This document shows positions 56,601-64,000 of a DNA stretch of 64,000 nt, piece by piece. The notes beneath the pieces were generated by a model, which was not told where the DNA came from, did not search any database, and was given only the letters and a program-made list of their open reading frames with translations. The DNA comes from Auanema rhodensis (Eukaryota > Animalia > Nematoda). The position numbers were made by a program, and so were the translations under genes. Position 1 is the stretch's first letter. Every line of letters begins with the position of its first letter. The DNA is taken from NCBI GenBank assembly GCA_964057225.1, contig OZ059896.1:4216001-4280000 (forward strand). The letters run 5' to 3'.

Positions 56601-57716
56601 TGTACATTTAATTAGCATAAATTAAAGTTCACGTAATTTTCAAAGTCATGGTTACCATGAACCAATATCAATGAATATTTGTTTTTAGACTAATATGGAC
56701 ATGGGGAATCTAATTTTGAAAACCGCATCTATTTATCTTTCACGCGAAGCGAGTTACATACCAAGTGCACATCACGTGTACATTTAATTAGCATAAAGTA
56801 AAGTTCACGTAAATTTCAAACTCATGGTTACCATCCACCAATATCAATAAAAATTTGTTTTTAGACTAATATGGACATGGGGAATCTAATTTTGAAAAAC
56901 GCATCTCTTTATCTTTCACGTGAAGCGAGTTACATACCAAGTGCACATCACGTGTACATTTAATTAGCATAAATTAAAGTTCACGTAAATTTCAAAGTCA
57001 TGGTTACCATGCACCAATATCAATACAATTTTGTTTTTAGACTAATATGGTCATGGGGAATCTAATTTTGAAAACCGCATCTCTTTATCTTTCACGTGAA
57101 GCGAGTTACATACCAAGTGCACATCACGTGTACATTTAATTAGCATAAATTAAAGTTCACGTAAATTTCAAACTCATGGTTACCATGCACCAATATCAAT
57201 AAAATTTTGTTTTTAGACTAATATGGACATGGGGAATCTAATTTTGAAAACCGCATCTCTTTATCTTTCACGTGAAGCGAGTCACATACCAAGTGCACAT
57301 CACGTGTACATTTAATTAGCATAAATTAAAGTTCACGTAAATTTCAAAGTCATGGTTACCATGCACCAATATCAATAAAAATTTGTTTTTAGACTAATAT
57401 GGACATGGAGAATCCATTTTTAAAAACCGCATCTCTTTATCTTCCACGTGAAGCGAGTTACATACCAAGTGCACATCACGTGTACATTTAATTAGCATAA
57501 ATTAAAGTTCACGTAAATTTCAAACTCATGGTTACCATGCACCAATATCAATAAAAATTTGTTTTCAAACTAATATGGACATGGGGCTTCTAATTTTGAA
57601 AACCGCATCTCTTTATCTTTCACGTGAAGCGAGTTACATACCAAGTGCACATCACGTGTACATTTAATTAGCATAAATTAAAGTTCACGTAAAATTCAAA
57701 GTCATGGTTACCATGC
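53672..57716. repeat. 7-mer/9-mer HOR (three copies of a GAGTCAC-marked block)
   Basis: GAGTCAC SNP at 54469, 55700 (+1231 = 7x176-1) and 57283 (+1583 = 9x176-1). Each is followed by AATCCATTTTTA, TTTTCAAAC and ATCTTTTT monomers in the same order. Confidence 0.85.
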
Positions 57717-60700
57717 ACCAATATCAATAAAATTTTGTTTTTAGACTAATATGGACATGGGGAATCTAATTTTGAAAACCGCATCTTTTTATCTTTCACG
57801 TGAAGCGAGTTACATACCAAGTGCACATCACGTGTACATTTAATTAGCATAAATTAAAGTTCACGTAAATTTCAAAGTCATGGTTACCATGCACCAATAT
57901 CAATAAAATTTTGTTTTTAGACTAATATGGACATGGGGAATCTAATTTTGAAAACCGCATCTCTTTATCTTTCACGTGAAGCGAGTTACATACCAAGTGC
58001 ACATCACGTGTACATTTAATTAGCATAAATTAAAGTTCACGTAAATTTCAAACTCATGGTTACCATGCACCAATATCAATAAAAATTTGTTTTTAGACTA
58101 ATATGGACATGGAGAATCTAATTTTGAAAACCGCATCTCTTTATCTTTCACGTGAAGCGAGTTACATACCAAGTGCACATCACGTGTACATTTAATTAGC
58201 ATAAATTAAAGTTCACGTAAATTTCAAACTCATGGTTACCATGCACCAATATCAATAAAAATTTGTTTTTAGACTAATATGGACATGGAGAATCTATTTT
58301 TAAAAACCGCATCTCTTTATCTTTCACGTGAAGCGAGTTACATACCAAGTGCACATCACGTGTACATTTAATTAGCATAAATTAAAGTTCACGTAAATTT
58401 CAAACTCATGGTTACCATGCACCAATATCAATAAAAATTTGTTTTTAGACTAATATGGACATGGGGAATCTAATTTTGAAAACCGCATCTCTTATCTTCC
58501 ACGTGAAGCGAGTTACATACCAAGTGCACATCACGTGTACATTTAATTAGCATAAATTAAAGTTCACGTAATTTTCAAAGTCATGGTTACCATGAACCAA
58601 TATCAATGAATATTTGTTTTTAGACTAATATGGACATGGGGAATCTAATTTTGAAAACCGCATCTATTTATCTTTCACGCGAAGCGAGTTACATACCAAG
58701 TGCACATCACGTGTACATTTAATTAGCATAAAGTAAAGTTCACGTAAATTTCAAACTCATGGTTACCATGCACCAATATCAATAAAAATTTGTTTTTAGA
58801 CTAATATGGACATGGGGAATCTAATTTTGAAAAACGCATCTCTTTATCTTTCACGTGAAGCGAGTTACATACCAAGTGCACATCACGTGTACATTTAATT
58901 AGCATAAATTAAAGTTCACGTAAATTTCAAACTCATGGTTACCATGCACCAATATCAATAAAAATTTGTTTTTAGACTAATATGGACATGGGGAATCTAA
59001 TTTTGAAAACCGCATCTCTTATCTTCCACGTGAAGCGAGTTACATACCAAGTGCACATCACGTGTACATTTAATTAGCATAAATTAAAGTTCACGTAATT
59101 TTCAAAGTCATGGTTACCATGAACCAATATCAATGAATATTTGTTTTTAGACTAATTTGGACATGGGGAATCTAATTTTGAAAACCGCATCTATTTATCT
59201 TTCACGCGAAGCGAGTTACATACCAAGTGCACATCACGTGTACATTTAATTAGCATAAAGTAAAGTTCACGTAAATTTCAAACTCATGGTTACCATGCAC
59301 CAATATCAATAAAATTTTGTTTTTAGACTAATATGGACATGGGGAATCTAATTTTGAAAACCGCATCTCTTTATCTTTCACGTGAAGCGAGTTACATACC
59401 AAGTGCACATCACGTGTACATTTAATTAGCATAAATTAAAGTTCACGTAAATTTCAAACTCATGGTTACCATGCACCAATATCAATAAAAATTTGTTTTT
59501 AGACTAATATGGACATGGAGAATCTAATTTTGAAAACCGCATCTCTTTATCTTTCACGTGAAGCGAGTTACATACCAAGTGCACATCACGTGTACATTTA
59601 ATTAGCATAAATTAAAGTTCACGTAAAATTCAAAGTCATGGTTACCATGCACCAATATCAATAAAATTTTGTTTTTAGACTAATATGGACATGGGGAATC
59701 TAATTTTGAAAACCGCATCTTTTTATCTTTCACGTGAAGCGAGTTACATACCAAGTGCACATCACGTGTACATTTAATTAGCATAAATTAAAGTTCACGT
59801 AAATTTCAAAGTCATGGTTACCATGCACCAATATCAATAAAATTTTGTTTTTAGAGTAATATGGACATGGGGAATCTAATTTTGAAAACTGCATCTCTTT
59901 ATCTTTCACGTGAAGCGAGTTACATACCAAGTGCACATCACGTGTACATTTAATTAGCATAAATTAAAGTTCACGTAAATTTCAAACTCATGGTTACCAT
60001 GCACCAATATCAATAAAAATTTGTTTTTAGACTAATATGGACATGGAGAATCTAATTTTGAAAACCGCATCTCTTTATCTTTCACGTGAAGCGAGTTACA
60101 TACCAAGTGCACATCACGTGTACATTTAATTAGCATAAATTAAAGTTCACGTAAATTTCAAACTCATGGTTACCATGCACCAATATCAATAAAAATTTGT
60201 TTTTAGACTAATATGGACATGGAGAATCTATTTTTAAAAACCGCATCTCTTTATCTTTCACGTGAAGCGAGTTACATACCAAGTGCACATCACGTGTACA
60301 TTTAATTAGCATAAATTAAAGTTCACGTAAATTTCAAACTCATGGTTACCATGCACCAATATCAATAAAAATTTGTTTTTAGACTAATATGGACATGGGG
60401 AATCTAATTTTGAAAACCGCATCTCTTATCTTCCACGTGAAGCGAGTTACATACCAAGTGCACATCACGTGTACATTTAATTAGCATAAATTAAAGTTCA
60501 CGTAATTTTCAAAGTCATGGTTACCATGAACCAATATCAATGAATATTTGTTTTTAGACTAATATGGACATGGGGAATCTAATTTTGAAAACCGCATCTA
60601 TTTATCTTTCACGCGAAGCGAGTTACATACCAAGTGCACATCACGTGTACATTTAATTAGCATAAAGTAAAGTTCACGTAAATTTCAAACTCATGGTTAC

Positions 60701-63518
60701 CATGCACCAATATCAATAAAAATTTGTTTTTAGACTAATATGGACATGGGGAATCTAATTTTGAAAAACGCATCTCTTTATCTTTCACGTGAAGCGAGTT
60801 ACATACCAAGTGCACATCACGTGTACATTTAATTAGCATAAATTAAAGTTCACGTAAATTTCAAACTCATGGTTACCATGCACCAATATCAATAAAAATT
60901 TGTTTTTAGACTAATATGGACATGGGGAATCTAATTTTGAAAACCGCATCTTTTATCTTCCACGTGAAGCGAGTTACATACCAAGTGCACATCACGTGTA
61001 CATTTAATTAGCATAAATTAAAGTTCACGTAATTTTCAAAGTTATGGTTACCATGCACCAATATCAATAAAAATTTGTTTTTAGACTAATATGGACATGG
61101 GGAATCTAATTTCGAAAACCGCATCTATTTATCTTTCACGCGAAGCGAGTTACATACCAAGTGCACATCACGTGTACATTTAATTAGCATAAATTAAAGT
61201 TCACGTAAATTTCAAACTCATGGTTACCATGCACCAATATCAATAAAAATTTGTTTTTAGACTAATATGGACATGGGGAATCTAATTTTGAAAACCGCAT
61301 CTCTTTATCTTTCACGTGAAGCGAGTTACATACCAAGTGCACATCACGTGTACATTTAATTAGCATAAATTAAAGTTCACGTAAATTTCAAACTCATGGT
61401 TACCATGCACCAATATCAATAAAAATTTGTTTTTAGACTAATATGGACATGGAGAATCTAATTTTGAAAACCGCATCTCTTTATCTTTCACGTGAAGCGA
61501 GTTACATACCAAGTGCACATCACGTGTACATTTAATTAGCATAAATTAAAGTTCACGTAAAATTCAAAGTCATGGTTACCATGCACCAATATCAATAAAA
61601 TTTTGTTTTTAGACTAATATGGACATGGGGAATCTAATTTTGAAAACCGCATCTTTTTATCTTTCACGTGAAGCGAGTTACATACCAAGTGCACATCACG
61701 TGTACATTTAATTAGCATAAATTAAAGTTCACGTAAATTTCAAAGTCATGGTTACCATGCACCAATATCAATAAAATTTTGTTTTTAAAGTAATATGGAC
61801 ATGGGGAATCTAATTTTGAAAACTGCATCTCTTTATCTTTCACGTGAAGCGAGTTACATACCAAGTGCACATCACGTGTACATTTAATTAGCATAAATTA
61901 AAGTTCACGTAAATTTCAAACTCATGGTTACCATGCACCAATATCAATAAAAATTTGTTTTTAGACTAATATGGACATGGAGAATCTAATTTTGAAAACC
62001 GCATCTCTTTATCTTTCACGTGAAGCGAGTTACATACCAAGTGCACATCACGTGTACATTTAATTAGCATAAATTAAAGTTCACGTAAATTTCAAACTCA
62101 TGGTTACCATGCACCAATATCAATAAAAATTTGTTTTTAGACTAATATGGACATGGAGAATCTATTTTTAAAAACCGCATCTCTTTATCTTTCACGTGAA
62201 GCGAGTTACATACCAAGTGCACATCACGTGTACATTTAATTAGCATAAATTAAAGTTCACGTAAATTTCAAACTCATGGTTACCATGCACCAATATCAAT
62301 AAAAATTTGTTTTTAGACTAATATGGACATGGGGAATCTAATTTTGAAAACCGCATCTCTTATCTTCCACGTGAAGCGAGTTACATACCAAGTGCACATC
62401 ACGTGTACATTTAATTAGCATAAATTAAAGTTCACGTAATTTTCAAAGTCATGGTTACCATGAACCAATATCAATGAATATTTGTTTTTAGACTAATATG
62501 GACATGGGGAATCTAATTTTGAAAACCGCATCTATTTATCTTTCACGCGAAGCGAGTTACATACCAAGTGCACATCACGTGTACATTTAATTAGCATAAA
62601 GTAAAGTTCACGTAAATTTCAAACTCATGGTTACCATGCACCAATATCAATAAAAATTTGTTTTTAGACTAATATGGACATGGGGAATCTAATTTTGAAA
62701 AACGCATCTCTTTATCTTTCACGTGAAGCGAGTTACATACCAAGTGCACATCACGTGTACATTTAATTAGCATAAATTAAAGTTCACGTAAATTTCAAAC
62801 TCATGGTTACCATGCACCAATATCAATAAAAATTTGTTTTTAGACTAATATGGACATGGGGAATCTAATTTTGAAAACCGCATCTTTTATCTTCCACGTG
62901 AAGCGAGTTACATACCAAGTGCACATCACGTGTACATTTAATTAGCATAAATTAAAGTTCACGTAATTTTCAAAGTTATGGTTACCATGAACCAATATCA
63001 ATGAATATTTGTTTTTAGACTAATATGGACATGGGGAATCTAATTTCGAAAACCGCATCTATTTATCTTTCACGCGAAGCGAGTTACATACCAAGTGCAC
63101 ATCACGTGTACATTTAATTAGCATAAAGTAAAGTTCACGTAAATTTCAAACTCATGGTTACCATGCACCAATATCAATAAAAATTTGTTTTTAGACTAAT
63201 ATGGACATGGGGAATCTAATTTTGAAAAACGCATCTCTTTATCTTTCACGTGAAGCGAGTTACATACCAAGTGCACATCACGTGTACATTTAATTAGCAT
63301 AAATTAAAGTTCACGTAAATTTCAAAGTCATGGTTACCATGCACCAATATCAATAAAATTTTGTTTTTAGACTAATATGGACATGGGGAATCTAAATTTG
63401 AAAACCGCATCTCTTTATCTTTCACGTGAAGCGAGTTACATACCAAGTGCACATCACGTGTACATTTAATTAGCATAAATTAAAGTTCACGTAAATTTCA
63501 AACTCATGGTTACCATGC
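57717..63518. repeat. 11-mer HOR (1934 bp), three tandem copies
   Basis: ATCTTTTT monomer at 57717, 59651, 61585 (+1934 = 11x176-2, two 175-bp D monomers per unit). The supplied ORFs at 59778 and 61712 show the same offset. A 4-mer (703 bp) repeat follows at 62816/63519. Confidence 0.9.
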
Positions 63519-64000
63519 ACCAATATCAATAAAAATTTGTTTTTAGACTAATATGGACATGGGGAATCTAATTTTGAAAACCGCATCTTTTATCTTCCAC
63601 GTGAAGCGAGTTACATACCAAGTGCACATCACGTGTACATTTAATTAGCATAAATTAAAGTTCACGTAATTTTCAAAGTTATGGTTACCATGAACCAATA
63701 TCAATGAATATTTGTTTTTAGACTAATATGGACATGGGGAATCTAATTTCGAAAACCGCATCTATTTATCTTTCACGCGAAGCGAGTTACATACCAAGTG
63801 CACATCACGTGTACATTTAATTAGCATAAAGTAAAGTTCACGTAAATTTCAAACTCATGGTTACCATGCACCAATATCAATAAAAATTTGTTTTTAGACT
63901 AATATGGACATGGGGAATCTAATTTTGAAAAACGCATCTCTTTATCTTTCACGTGAAGCGAGTTACATACCAAGTGCACATCACGTGTACATTTAATTAG

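Larger units (their letters stand above)
1..64000. repeat. 176-bp tandem satellite DNA array (363 full monomers + 131-bp partial), single orientation, probably centromeric/pericentromeric
   Basis: ACCAATATCAAT restarts at 1, 177, 353 and so on; the last start is 63870. 63869 bp plus 19 single-base deletions = 363 x 176 exactly. Monomers differ by only a few SNPs and the array runs off both ends of the window. The centromeric role is inferred from monomer size and homogeneity only. Confidence 0.99.

Noticed and set aside
59778-59960. 60-aa minus-strand ORF (near-identical copy at 61712-61894)
   Set aside because: Same stop-removing SNP within the 11-mer HOR; a chance open frame in satellite DNA.
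1-64000. CRISPR-like repeat/spacer array suggested by regularly spaced palindromes
   Set aside because: No unique spacers: the entire 176 bp is repeated near-identically. No leader or cas genes are present.
1-64000. Artefactual concatemer (rolling-circle amplification or collapsed assembly)
   Set aside because: Variants are linked in reproducible haplotypes and nested HORs rather than random errors, which fits a genuine evolved array. Exact copy numbers of near-identical blocks still need read validation.
1-64000. Strand inversion or transposon insertion within the array
   Set aside because: The register arithmetic (363 x 176 - 19) accounts for every base up to 63869, and I saw no reverse-complement monomer or foreign sequence.

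Overview
The whole 64-kb window is one uninterrupted, head-to-tail satellite DNA array of a 176-bp AT-rich monomer (~31% GC). It holds 363 complete monomers plus a 131-bp partial, all in one orientation, with no genes, RNA genes, transposon insertions or unique sequence visible. Monomer 1 (1-176): ACCAATATCAATAAAAATTTGTTTTTAGACTAATATGGACATGGAGAATCTATTTTTAAAAACCGCATCTCTTTATCTTTCACGTGAAGCGAGTTACATACCAAGTGCACATCACGTGTACATTTAATTAGCATAAATTAAAGTTCACGTAAATTTCAAACTCATGGTTACCATGC. Monomer size, homogeneity and array length suggest a eukaryotic centromeric or pericentromeric satellite (inference); I cannot name the family or species. Tracking SNP-defined monomer types by eye shows layered domains of higher-order repeats (HORs): 2-, 5-, 7/8/9-, 11-, 14/15-, 19/24- and 21-mers. 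It also shows chimeric monomers marking in-register recombination, probable gene-conversion patches, and blocks of the left end that recur ~48-53 kb away. The monomer is rich in dyad symmetries and has three TCACGT motifs spaced 32-33 bp apart, one matching the yeast CDEI consensus. The four supplied ORFs are artefacts of one stop-removing SNP. I found no evidence of a novel protein-coding or CRISPR-like system; the interest lies in array architecture and monomer motifs. Monomer-type letters are my own labels.
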